Shown piece after piece: positions 8,962 through 18,037 of a stretch of 64,000 nt of DNA (its first letter is position 1; each line of letters begins with the position of its first letter). Under the pieces are notes generated by a model. That model searched no databases. It saw only the letters and a list, made by a program, of their open reading frames with translations, and had not been told where the DNA came from. Both the position numbers and the translations under genes were made by a program. The stretch spans positions 4,763,359 to 4,827,358 of the forward strand of contig OZ242279.1 of assembly GCA_965207265.1 (NCBI GenBank), read 5' to 3'. The stretch is from Vicinamibacterales bacterium. Lineage in GTDB: Bacteria > Acidobacteriota > Vicinamibacteria > Vicinamibacterales > UBA8438.

Positions 8962-9372
8962 ATGGGAGAGATTCGAGCCAGCGTGACGCTGGAGAACAGG
9001 GACGACCGCGGAGCCGTGCGGCTCGGGCTGCGCGCCGAGGCGGATGTCCGCCGAACGACGGTCGAAGGCGTGGTCGACACCGGGGCGGTGGAGTCTCGTC
9101 ATCCCCGAGGAGATCGCAACGGAGCTGGGGCTCCAGGACTGGGGACGAGAACCGTCGTCTACGCGGACGAGCGGCGCGAAGAACGGCCCGTGACCGACGT
9201 GACGATCGAGATCGGAAACCTCGCCACGCGGACCGAGGCCATCGTGGGACCGATGGGAAGCGAGGTCCTGATCGGCCAGCTGGTGCTCGAAGCACTCGAC
9301 CTGATCGCCGACTGCCGAAGGCGAACGCTGGCGCCGCGCCATCCTGAAGGTCCAGTCCTGGCCATCCGCTGA
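8962..9372 (+). CDS. retropepsin-like (clan AA) aspartic protease, possibly disrupted by a compensated frameshift pair
   Basis: MGEIRASVTLEN...EGVVDTGAV (DTG active site) ...TRTVVYADERREERPV...IVGPMGSEVLIGQLVLEALDL. Relative to the paralog at 7659..7999, about 17 codons after DTGAV (9087..9140) are read out of frame. The +1 frame gives SLVIPEEIATELGLQDW. Confidence 0.55.
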   Translation: MGEIRASVTLENRDDRGAVRLGLRAEADVRRTTVEGVVDTGAVESRHPRGDRNGAGAPGLGTRTVVYADERREERPVTDVTIEIGNLATRTEAIVGPMGSEVLIGQLVLEALDLIADCRRRTLAPRHPEGPVLAIR

Positions 9373-9532
9373 GTCACCCCCCCGACAAAGGGAAGGACAC
9401 CGGCCAGTCGGATCTATTCGCCGACGAGTCGGAAGTATTTCCATTCCTGACAACGGCGGTTCCTGCTTGTTGTCGCGTGCCGGCAACCGCCACGGAATGA
9501 TGCGGGCGGATCGTTGGGAAGAGAGGTAAACG

Positions 9533-9799
9533 ATGTCGAAGAGTGGAATCCTGGACGCGTTGCGCAACGAGGAGCGCTCGCTCAAGAGCCAACTCGTTGC
9601 CATACAGCGCGCGATCGAGGCGATCGAAGGCGACGTGGCGCCGGCCGCCGGGCGCGGCAGGAAGAAGGCGGCCAAGGCGGTCGGCAGGCGCAAGCGCGCG
9701 ATGAGCGAGGAGCAGCGCAGGGCCGTCGCCGAGCGGATGCGCAAGTACTGGGCGGCGCGCCGGGAGGCCAAGGCCCAGGAGGAAGCGGCGCAGGAGTGA
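9533..9799 (+). CDS. small basic coiled-coil protein (hypothetical)
   Basis: 88-aa ORF, ATG 6 nt after AGAGAGG. Lys/Arg-rich helical sequence. Confidence 0.55.
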   Translation: MSKSGILDALRNEERSLKSQLVAIQRAIEAIEGDVAPAAGRGRKKAAKAVGRRKRAMSEEQRRAVAERMRKYWAARREAKAQEEAAQE

Positions 9800-10669
9800 C
9801 GCTACGCGACGCGCAGGACTCGCCGGCGTCTGGAACCGCTCGCCGGCTCCTCGCAGCAGCCCTCCTTGCAGCAAGTGCACGACCATCAGGAGGGTGATTT
9901 CGCACTCATCGCCAGGTCGCATACCGGACGGCTCGTGAACGCCGACACCGGTCCGGCCACCATCGTACGCCCGCCGAAGCGCAGATGCACGTCGGTGTCG
10001 CGATGCCAGGCCGGGTCAAAGGCCGTGCCGGGTGGCGGGTCGAGGAGTCGAGCAGTGTCGCGGCCGGGCGGGCGACATCGCGCCCGACGCCCCCGAGATC
10101 ATCTACTGTACGGCCGTAGCGGGATCCGTGGGCCTGCGAGCGTGTCGGACACGCTGCGGGAGTGGTCGCACCTGTACCGGCGGCTCGGGCTGATCCTCGA
10201 GCAGCTGGCCGCCCACGGACGCACCGCGATCGTCAAGGGGTGCGCGCGGCCGAGCCGCGGCTGGCGGCGCTCGCCGCTCGGCGGCGCACACGGCAGCCAA
10301 TACTACCTGTGTTGGGAGATAGCCGGGAGCAGCGGGCCGGCAGACAGCTGCGGCGCCGAGCCGCGAACGATAGTCGTGCGCGCCGTGCGGCACCACGACG
10401 ACCACACGCCGCTCGGCGGCGGTAGCCGAAATGTTGGCGAGCTCGAGGATCCGCCGAATATTGGAGTTCCGCCGACCGCAAGATGTTGTGGTGCCGCCGG
10501 CATCGTCAGACGAACAGCGTGCGCGTGTGCTCACCGGCGTCAAGGCGCTTCGCTTCGCTCCGCCCCCGCTTCGCGGGGCTTCCGGCCCTGACGCCGGCTC
10601 CGCGCACGCTCGTCCTGCGCGTTCATCGAGCCGGAGACGCCCGAGCAGCAGGCCGCCTGGCGGCCGGCG

Positions 10670-11662
10670 ATGCCGGCGGGCCGTGACGCCGTCTCGCCCA
10701 TCCATCGGCCTCGGGAGTTCGCACGGGCACTCGGCGCGATGGTGGCCGAGCAGGTCGGCCCGGAGGGTCGCACGGTGCTGCTGCGTAGCGCCGTCGACCG
10801 TCACGCGTTCCGCACGGCGCACCGGAGCCAGACGGTCTATCACGGGCCGGTCGTCTACGCCGAGGATCCGGACGGGCGGCTGGAGAGCGCGTCGTCGGTC
10901 CTCGATCTGGCGTTGCTGCGCGTCTTCCTGAAGCCGGCGACGCACCGCGGCCAGCGCGAGTACCGGTTCGCCGTATGGGCGGACGGGGAGCCGGACCGCG
11001 ACCGGGTGGACCTGGAGGTGTCGCCCGCACTGCTCGACGCGATGCAGAGGCCGCCGCGGGAGCCCGAGCGCGGCGTTGTCGTGCCGGCCGGCGTCGACGA
11101 GCCCTCGGCCGTCGAGGAGGTGGACCATCCCGGCTCGTCAGGGGTTCGGGTGGTCGTCGAGGCGCCGCTGGCCATCCGCCATCCGATGATCGCGCCGCCG
11201 CGTTACGGCGCCGACGGCCTGCCGGCCGACCTGCGCGAGACGGCCGCTGTCCATGCCGCGGTCGAGGCCCTGCGGGTGGCTGTTGACCAGGTGGAGGCCC
11301 TGCGGGTGGCCGTTGACCAGGTGGACGGTGAACTGGGCCGGGACGCTGCGGCGGGGGCTTGGTACGCGGAGTCGGTCGTGCGGTTCTTCTGTTCGACCTA
11401 CGGCGGCCCCGTCGTCGGCGTGCGTGTGAACGAGGACAGCTTCATCGTGATCAGGGCCGATATGTGCCGCGACGAGCCGTGCGAGGTGACGATCGCGGTC
11501 GGGCCGGGCGGCACGTGCGCGTGCAAGGTGAGCAGCGGCGACGGCCATCGTGCGTCGGCGGCGCCAGACGTTCGCGCGTTCGAGCAGGTCCTGGCGAGGC
11601 GGATGGCTGAAGCGGGGGTGCACGCCAGGGTGCACGCCCGTCCCGGCCACGACCGGGGTTGA
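10670..11662 (+). CDS. hypothetical protein
   Basis: 330-aa ORF with high GC3. The opposing 341-aa ORF is Arg-rich shadow. The frame stays open upstream to a TGA at 10589, so it may be the 3' part of a larger disrupted gene starting near 10142. Confidence 0.5.
   Translation: MPAGRDAVSPIHRPREFARALGAMVAEQVGPEGRTVLLRSAVDRHAFRTAHRSQTVYHGPVVYAEDPDGRLESASSVLDLALLRVFLKPATHRGQREYRFAVWADGEPDRDRVDLEVSPALLDAMQRPPREPERGVVVPAGVDEPSAVEEVDHPGSSGVRVVVEAPLAIRHPMIAPPRYGADGLPADLRETAAVHAAVEALRVAVDQVEALRVAVDQVDGELGRDAAAGAWYAESVVRFFCSTYGGPVVGVRVNEDSFIVIRADMCRDEPCEVTIAVGPGGTCACKVSSGDGHRASAAPDVRAFEQVLARRMAEAGVHARVHARPGHDRG
11261..11325 (+). repeat. in-frame 30-bp tandem duplication (2.2 copies) inside the CDS
   Basis: GT(C/G)GAGGCCCTGCGGGTGGC(T/C)GTTGACCAG twice, then GTGGA. 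Encodes VEALRVAVDQ VEALRVAVDQ V. Confidence 0.85.
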
Positions 11663-11748
11663 CGAGCGCCCGCCGACGCTCCGACCCGGGCTGGCCGGGG
11701 CACCCGAGCCGGCAGCGGCGGCGAACTGATCGGACTACGACGCGTGCA

Positions 11749-12258
11749 TCAACGCCCCGCCGCTTGGCTGTTCGACGAGAGGCGATGGAAGGCCGACTTT
11801 GTGACTCGTATTCGGTCCTCAACGGTCTGCTCGGTTCGGTAGCGGGAACCCGCGATGCTCTCGTATTCGATGATGACGACACAGCCAGGAGATAGCGCGT
11901 TGGTGGAGTGCGCGGGTTCGAACGCCCCAGCCGGGGCAAGCTCCGGCAACTCGTACCAAGCAACCTGCGTGTCTCCTGTGGCCCGAACACTATAGCGACA
12001 GTTTACGGCCGGCGCCGGGCCAATGTTGGCGAAGGTCAGCTTGTCGCCAAGAGAAGCCGTAGCGCCTTCAAGCACTGCCATTTCCGATGGATCTGGCAGC
12101 TGATTCAGCACGACACACGGTCGTGGTAGCTGCTCCACGGCGGTGTAGGCAAGAGTCGCCGTGTCGTCTGCGTACGCCCGCAAGACATTGAAGTGCCGAT
12201 AAAGCACGACTAGAGTCAGGATACCCATCGCCAAGTTCAGAATCTCGTACGCATTCAT
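11749..12258 (-). CDS. hypothetical protein with N-terminal transmembrane helix, downstream of hsdM
   Basis: 169-aa ORF, lower GC. N-terminus MNAYEILNLAMGILTLVVLY. 98-nt gap after the hsdM stop, same strand. Confidence 0.5.
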   Translation of the reverse strand: MNAYEILNLAMGILTLVVLYRHFNVLRAYADDTATLAYTAVEQLPRPCVVLNQLPDPSEMAVLEGATASLGDKLTFANIGPAPAVNCRYSVRATGDTQVAWYELPELAPAGAFEPAHSTNALSPGCVVIIEYESIAGSRYRTEQTVEDRIRVTKSAFHRLSSNSQAAGR

Positions 12259-12356
12259 GTCGTGTCATTCCGGTGGGGCAGACTTTTCTCCACTTGACCG
12301 ATGGAAACGCGAAGGCTCCGCGTCTCGTGGCGGCGTCGAATCCTGCGCCGGGTACG

Positions 12357-13823
12357 TCAACGGATTGAGGCCTGCAGGTCCCGAATCAGCGCCAATGCTC
12401 TCGTCAGGTCGTCGGCCACTGCTTCCGAAATCCGTTCAAGGCGCGCCAGCCGCGGATCGCGCGGTTCACCGGAATCGTTGTACCACGCAAGGTCTAGCTG
12501 ACAGTCTCCCGTTGCGAGAACCTCCTTGACGCTGAACAGCCGGAACCGCGTATTCTCCTGCTCCTCTTCCGCAAAGCTCACGCGATAGCGCGTCACGAAA
12601 TCGCTAAGGTCCCGACGCCGCAGCGGCTTGGTCTTCAGAGACACACGCACATCGGTTCTCAGGTCGTACACCCCAAACGTCCCGTTCGCAGCGCGCTGCT
12701 GGTGCGCTTGATCGAAGAAGATGACGTTGGCCTTTACGCCCTGAGCATAAAAGATGCCCGGTGGCAGCCGCAGAACTGCACGCAATCGGCACCTTTCAAG
12801 CAAGCGCCGCCGGACCGCAGCAGCCGCGCCGGATTCAAACAGCACGTTGTCAGGCACAACCACGGCAGCACGCCCTCCGGGTTTAAGCAATGAGACGACA
12901 TGCTGGATGAAGTTCAATTGCTTGTTCGCGGTCTCAATCCAAAAATCCGGCCGGTCGATGGCTAGAAGGTTGAGTCCCGCGTCGCCACGCGAGTCCCGAC
13001 CGTAGGTAACACTACCCTTTGTGCCGAAAGGTGGGTTCGTCAGCACAATGTCAAACTTCGTCAGCGGAGCTTCCGCCAAACTGTCTTCGCAGCGCACCGG
13101 AAACTCATCCTGGGCATCGCCGCCAACACCGTGCAGAAGAAGATTCATGGCGGCTAGTCTAGCAACCTCCTCCACCAGTTCCACGCCGAGCATGGACCGG
13201 GTAGCGAGCGCGGCCTCTTCCTCGGTCGTCAAGTCCACGTTGTTGCGACGGATATGGTCGTGAGCGGCTAGAAGAAACCCGGCCGTCCCGCAAGCAGGAT
13301 CGCATATCGTCTCGCCGAGCCGCGGTTCAATGCACTCGACGATGGCTTCAATTAACGGACGCGGCGTGAAGTACTGCCCAGCACCGCTCTTCGTGTCCTG
13401 TGCGTTCTTCTCGAGTAGCCCTTCGTAGGCGTCGCCCTTCACGTCCGCAGCGACGCCGCGCCACTCGGTCTGCCCGATCAGCCCGGTCACCAGCAGGTGC
13501 AGCTTCGCTGGGTCACGGATCTTGTTCCTGGCGTTCCGGAAGATCACGCCCAACATTCCGGCCGTTCCGCCAAGCGTCGCCAAGATCCGGGCGTACTGCG
13601 CATGCATGGGCCCGGGATCGAGATGAACGAGCGACGGCCATCCGCACTCGGCGGGAACCGGACCGTCGTCGCCCTCGGCGGACATCTTCAAAAACAGCAG
13701 GTAGGTCAGTTGTTCGACATAATCCGGATACGACAGCCCGTCGTCGCGAAGGACGTTGCAATACTGCCAGAGTTTCCGAACGAGCGTCGCCGAAGCGTCG
13801 GCCCCGTTCTTCGTTCCAGTCAT
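12357..13823 (-). CDS. hsdM: type I restriction-modification system, DNA methyltransferase subunit M
   Basis: N-terminal HsdM-type LVRKLWQYCNVLRDDGLSYPDYVEQLTYLLFLKM. AdoMet motif ICDPACGTAGFLLAA. Catalytic NPPFG. Start 13823 preferred (ATGA overlap with the upstream stop); the ORF is open to 13853. Confidence 0.92.
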   Translation of the reverse strand: MTGTKNGADASATLVRKLWQYCNVLRDDGLSYPDYVEQLTYLLFLKMSAEGDDGPVPAECGWPSLVHLDPGPMHAQYARILATLGGTAGMLGVIFRNARNKIRDPAKLHLLVTGLIGQTEWRGVAADVKGDAYEGLLEKNAQDTKSGAGQYFTPRPLIEAIVECIEPRLGETICDPACGTAGFLLAAHDHIRRNNVDLTTEEEAALATRSMLGVELVEEVARLAAMNLLLHGVGGDAQDEFPVRCEDSLAEAPLTKFDIVLTNPPFGTKGSVTYGRDSRGDAGLNLLAIDRPDFWIETANKQLNFIQHVVSLLKPGGRAAVVVPDNVLFESGAAAAVRRRLLERCRLRAVLRLPPGIFYAQGVKANVIFFDQAHQQRAANGTFGVYDLRTDVRVSLKTKPLRRRDLSDFVTRYRVSFAEEEQENTRFRLFSVKEVLATGDCQLDLAWYNDSGEPRDPRLARLERISEAVADDLTRALALIRDLQASIR

Positions 13824-14665
13824 GACACCCTCAGCACGATGTCCCGAATCCACCAGCGATCCCGGAACATTTCCACGTAGGCGCGCGCCGCCCTGGAGTA
13901 CTCCTGGTGCGGTTCCGTCCGCTTCGCGAGGTCCTTGCAGACATCCAGGAACGCTTGAGTCACCGCATGCATCCCGCCGAAATCCCCCGGCGCAAGATCC
14001 TCGCCGCGGTAAATGTCCCGCTCAATCTCGTTGTAGAGCATCACCCTATCGTCACGAAACCTCGGCCAATTGAGATGAAGATGTAGTCGGCTCGCCTCAA
14101 GCTTCGCCTCCGCAATGGGTTCGCCCTTACGCTCGGGCACCAGTTCCACCTCGCCCGAGTCGCCGAATGTCAACATCGCCACATCGGCTGCATTCGTCGG
14201 ATCGACGATCGCGGGGCTCTCCAAGGCCAGGTCGTACTCCGGTCCGCGTGCGCGCCTCTCCGGATTCAGTAGCGGAAAGTTGTCGCTCTTACCGCCGGTT
14301 TCGCCGCGCTCTCTGTCTCGACGCGGTCTGTTGGCATATTGACAACTCAACCTCAGGTTCTTCCAGTCAAACGCGAGCCAATAGTAGCCCGGATGGGTCG
14401 GATCTTCGGCAACGCGCGACTTCGGTCGATAGTGGTCGATATCGTTGCCCGCGCCAGAACTCCTGCATTCCACATACCAACACTTGTGGTCAGAATGCCT
14501 CTCGAAGGCGTCTCGCACCGCGGTCCATCGGTCCCTATACCGCTCAAAAAGCGCCCTACGTCTTTCTGAATTCGTCTCCGCGAGGACCTCGTGCTTTGCC
14601 TCGTCGAGGGCCTGGATCTCACGCCGTATGTTTGGACGAATTGACTCAAGATCGATCAACCGCAT
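13820..14665 (-). CDS. HNH-family nuclease-like protein (TIGR02646 / Septu PtuB-like)
   Basis: 281 aa. KCWYVECRSSGAGNDIDHYRPKS ... YWLAFDWKNLRLSCQYANRP matches the C.YCE...DH.RPK...W.NL...C..CN pattern with altered cysteines. Its ATG directly follows the ATPase stop codon. Confidence 0.65.
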   Translation of the reverse strand: MRLIDLESIRPNIRREIQALDEAKHEVLAETNSERRRALFERYRDRWTAVRDAFERHSDHKCWYVECRSSGAGNDIDHYRPKSRVAEDPTHPGYYWLAFDWKNLRLSCQYANRPRRDRERGETGGKSDNFPLLNPERRARGPEYDLALESPAIVDPTNAADVAMLTFGDSGEVELVPERKGEPIAEAKLEASRLHLHLNWPRFRDDRVMLYNEIERDIYRGEDLAPGDFGGMHAVTQAFLDVCKDLAKRTEPHQEYSRAARAYVEMFRDRWWIRDIVLRVS

Positions 14666-16273
14666 CTACCTGGACACCATTTCGTTGCGTAGCCGTTCGA
14701 CGATCTGCCTGGCGAGTCGCACTCGGTCGCGCTGTTGCTCCGGCGTAAGCTGAATGTGCTTGCGCCACAGCGGATCTTCCTCTCTGGTCCAGGCTTCAAG
14801 AAAGAGCTTGTAGAGCGGATCTCGAATTGTCCGAGAGAAGCCCACCCTGTCGAGTTCCTTGTGCAGACCTTCCAGCTCAACCTCCTCTGCATCGTTTCGG
14901 TCGTCTTTCTGCATCAGGACGCGCCGCCGGTCCAGGCGTTCCTGGGTGTCCGCATCCAAGGTAGTGCGGAGACGGAACAGGTCGCTTGTCAGTATGGCGG
15001 CTACTCCCATTCCACGTGGATCCTGTTCGGGCACTTCGATGACCGCTTGGCCCTTCTCTCCCCGTCGCAGGACGCGAACCTGCTCCCTGGTCAGTCCGGC
15101 AAACACGAGCGGATCGTGCGTGGACATGACGATGTGGCAGGTCTCGCGCTGTCGGATGAAGCGATGAAGGAAGGACAGGTATTGAGTGCTCCAGGCCGGA
15201 TTGAGATGCGTATCGGGCTCGTCAAGAAGGAACAGTGCCTCCTCGGTCGCCGTAAATTTCAACAGGCCGAGCACGAGCAGCAATTGCTGCTCCCCCTCGC
15301 TGAGGTCTCGGTACGTCATCTCTCCGCCGCCAGCCTTCGGCGCCATACGCACGCGCGTTCGGACTTCGGCGAGCAATCTGGAGAGGTGCATACTCTCCAG
15401 CGCGGTAAAGAACGCGTACTGGTTGCCGTACCGCCCATAAACCCGAGATAGCCTCGCAGCGTCGGGCAAGAACAGGTAGAGGTTCTCCAGCGCCCGGTTG
15501 CTGGCGAGGTCGAACGACATGCGCCTGTCCATCCGAAGCGGCGGCATCGCCTCGTCGTACAGGCGGTCGAGAAATTCTTGGACCTCTCCCACCGCCCCCC
15601 AGAAACGGCGGTCACCGCCGCTCCGGCTCCAGTCGGGTTTGTTCAGTGCGAAAAGGACGCTGTCGAGCCCGTCGATCTGCAGAAAGTCGCGCAGAAACGC
15701 GCGGTCGCCCTCAGCGTCTTCCGGCTCCATAAAAAAGGCGATCAGCGCGAACTGTCCGTGTAGGGTCTGTGCGTAGAACACGCGGCGCAGGGCGCTCGCG
15801 TCGCCGGCGTCAACGGATCGTGCCGACGGCGCCTTGATGATCGCGCCGTAGTAGCGCTCGCGGTGCCTTTCGAAAATCGACGCGAGGCGGTCGCCGGGTC
15901 CCGAGTAGTAGCCAAAGACGAAGGTGGGCCGATACACAGGACGGCCGTCCTTGTCGACGGTCATGAATCTCCGGCGAGACAGCTTCTCGTAAGGGCCGCC
16001 ACGAGTGAGTTTGGCGCGAAATTTCGGGTACTGGTTCTCCGTGGCCACCACAGCCACATCGTGGTTTCTACATCGGTACTTTAGTTCGTACGAAAACGGA
16101 GCCTCCTCGTCGAGGTCGAGGTTCCGGAAAATCAGCGCCAGGGCTTCGAGCAGATTCGACTTGCCAGATCCATTCTCTCCCACGAGAACCGTGTACGGCG
16201 ACTCACGATCGAAGAGAACCCGGATGTCCCGGAGGTTCTTGAACGCCTCGACCCAGAGCTCGTCAATTCGCAT
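14666..16273 (-). CDS. ABC/SMC-type AAA ATPase (AAA_15/AAA_21-like; Septu PtuA-like)
   Basis: 535 aa. Walker A GENGSGKSN, signature-like LSEGEQQLL, Walker B LFLLDEPDTHL, H-loop STHD. The start overlaps the hsdS stop by 11 nt. Confidence 0.85.
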   Translation of the reverse strand: MRIDELWVEAFKNLRDIRVLFDRESPYTVLVGENGSGKSNLLEALALIFRNLDLDEEAPFSYELKYRCRNHDVAVVATENQYPKFRAKLTRGGPYEKLSRRRFMTVDKDGRPVYRPTFVFGYYSGPGDRLASIFERHRERYYGAIIKAPSARSVDAGDASALRRVFYAQTLHGQFALIAFFMEPEDAEGDRAFLRDFLQIDGLDSVLFALNKPDWSRSGGDRRFWGAVGEVQEFLDRLYDEAMPPLRMDRRMSFDLASNRALENLYLFLPDAARLSRVYGRYGNQYAFFTALESMHLSRLLAEVRTRVRMAPKAGGGEMTYRDLSEGEQQLLLVLGLLKFTATEEALFLLDEPDTHLNPAWSTQYLSFLHRFIRQRETCHIVMSTHDPLVFAGLTREQVRVLRRGEKGQAVIEVPEQDPRGMGVAAILTSDLFRLRTTLDADTQERLDRRRVLMQKDDRNDAEEVELEGLHKELDRVGFSRTIRDPLYKLFLEAWTREEDPLWRKHIQLTPEQQRDRVRLARQIVERLRNEMVSR

Positions 16274-17963
16274 CGCCGATCTCTACAGTCGGGTTTTCGG
16301 GCTCGGCGCCTGCCAATCGCACGGACCGTCCGAGTTGGGACCGTAGCGCGAGGTAGAAGCGTTCCACGTGCTCCGTCTGATCCCGATCGAAGTTCGCCCG
16401 TGCATAAAGTACTGGTAGCGAAAGGGAGCCCCCTGACTCGTGAAGCACAGCGGCCAGATCGACAGCCCCTGCCCCCGAGCGCCCTTTGGATCGTCGCTTG
16501 GTTCTCACTTCAGTGGACCTCCCGGTATGGCGCGGCGGTCTCGGCGAGCTTGGCGGCGGCCCGAGGCGGGCCAACAGGACGTCTGCCGGCTCGTCGTCGG
16601 GGACTTGGGGGACGGTCTCCCCGGCGATCGCGGCAGCGAGGAGTTCGCGCTGCATGTCGGGCACCTTCGCGAGGGAGTCCCGCACGGCCCGCGTCTGACT
16701 CGCGGTTGCATCTAGGCGGCGTCGCGCCGCCGCAGCGATGCGCCTCTGCTCCTCGAAGGGTGGCACGGGGAACGGCAGGGCGCGAAACCGCCGGAGCCCG
16801 AGGTGTGCGATGTTTGTCGACCAGCGGGCGATCGACCGGAAAAGGCCAGAGTGGAGATAGCGGCGGAAAACCAATAGAGCGAATTCTGGCGCCAGGTCTT
16901 CTCCGGCTCTAAATCGAATGAGCGTATTCTGAAAGCACATTCTGGGGAGCTCGCCCCTGTAGATCGCCGCCCGACCTACCAGTTCCGGACTTTGCCCTTC
17001 GTTAAGGAGAATGTCACCGGAGTGAAGCTCGTATCGGGCCGCTTCGTCGCGCTCGAAGTTCATCGTGAGCACGTCGGTCGTGTCGATGCTGTCCTCCAAT
17101 ACATTCGCTACTCTGAGGTAGGGTTTCATGTTCGGTCCGTGATGATGCGCGGGCGAACGTTGGCGGCCCAGCTGTGTCATGCCAACCTCGGCTACCGTCC
17201 TCCATGCCCAATGTCGCGGAACCGGATCGAACCGAAGCGGCTGGCCGCGTCGCGCCCCCGAACGCTCGTCTATCCCTTCTGGCAGGTGTGTCTCGACACC
17301 ACCGACGCGGTGGCCGGGAAGCTCGCTCGTGGTCTCGACCAGCGTCCCGGACGTCGCCGCAGCGGCGATTTCTCTCACCTGTTCGGCGAGATTGCTCAGG
17401 GCGGATTCAAGCCGTTCGGTCGCCTCACGCATCTGTTCCAGCTTCTCATTGGCCGCGTCGGCGATACGCTTCTGTTCGGGCAGAGGGGCGACCGGGAACG
17501 GCAACGCTGCGAGTCTCGACGAGCCAAGGTGCTGGATGCCCACGCCGCGCGCCGTTCGCGCGAACACGCCGGACGCGGCGTAATGTCGAAACACGAGCAG
17601 CGCGTAATCGGGAGTTACGGTGTGTGGTCTGAAGCGGATGAGGTGATTCTGAAAGCAGCAACCCTCGATGCCGGCCCGCCAGATTGCGGCCCGCCCGACC
17701 TGTCCGGGAGTCCCGGAGGCTTCCGTCAGCAATACGTCGCCGGGCTGCAAGTTGAACATGGCCCGTTCTGCGGGCGTGAAGTCCATTTCGCGAAGGTCGG
17801 TCAAATCGAGGCCGGTCAGGGTGACATTCGCCGACCGCAGGTATTTGGTAGCGTAGCGGCCCGTCTGGCGATCGGGCGAGCGTTGAAGTCCGGTACGTAC
17901 CGACCCCACGCGGTCCACCCGGGTCACCGTCCATGAATCGGGCACTCTCAGCGTCTCGGACAT
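16263..17963 (-). CDS. hsdS: type I restriction-modification system, specificity subunit S, with C-terminal extension
   Basis: Two target-recognition domains, each followed by the conserved LPFPV(A/P)P..EQ.RIA helix, plus an extra ~150-aa C-terminal tail. Start at ATG 17963 (MSETLRVPDSW). The ORF extension to 18104 runs into IS-end-like sequence. Confidence 0.88.
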   Translation of the reverse strand: MSETLRVPDSWTVTRVDRVGSVRTGLQRSPDRQTGRYATKYLRSANVTLTGLDLTDLREMDFTPAERAMFNLQPGDVLLTEASGTPGQVGRAAIWRAGIEGCCFQNHLIRFRPHTVTPDYALLVFRHYAASGVFARTARGVGIQHLGSSRLAALPFPVAPLPEQKRIADAANEKLEQMREATERLESALSNLAEQVREIAAAATSGTLVETTSELPGHRVGGVETHLPEGIDERSGARRGQPLRFDPVPRHWAWRTVAEVGMTQLGRQRSPAHHHGPNMKPYLRVANVLEDSIDTTDVLTMNFERDEAARYELHSGDILLNEGQSPELVGRAAIYRGELPRMCFQNTLIRFRAGEDLAPEFALLVFRRYLHSGLFRSIARWSTNIAHLGLRRFRALPFPVPPFEEQRRIAAAARRRLDATASQTRAVRDSLAKVPDMQRELLAAAIAGETVPQVPDDEPADVLLARLGPPPSSPRPPRHTGRSTEVRTKRRSKGRSGAGAVDLAAVLHESGGSLSLPVLYARANFDRDQTEHVERFYLALRSQLGRSVRLAGAEPENPTVEIGDAN

Positions 17964-18037
17964 GGGGAAGTGGTTTGGGTCGAGCCGGGGCAATTCTCGA
18001 CAAGCTCCGCTCTTTGGGGCAGATGCGACGATGCCGT

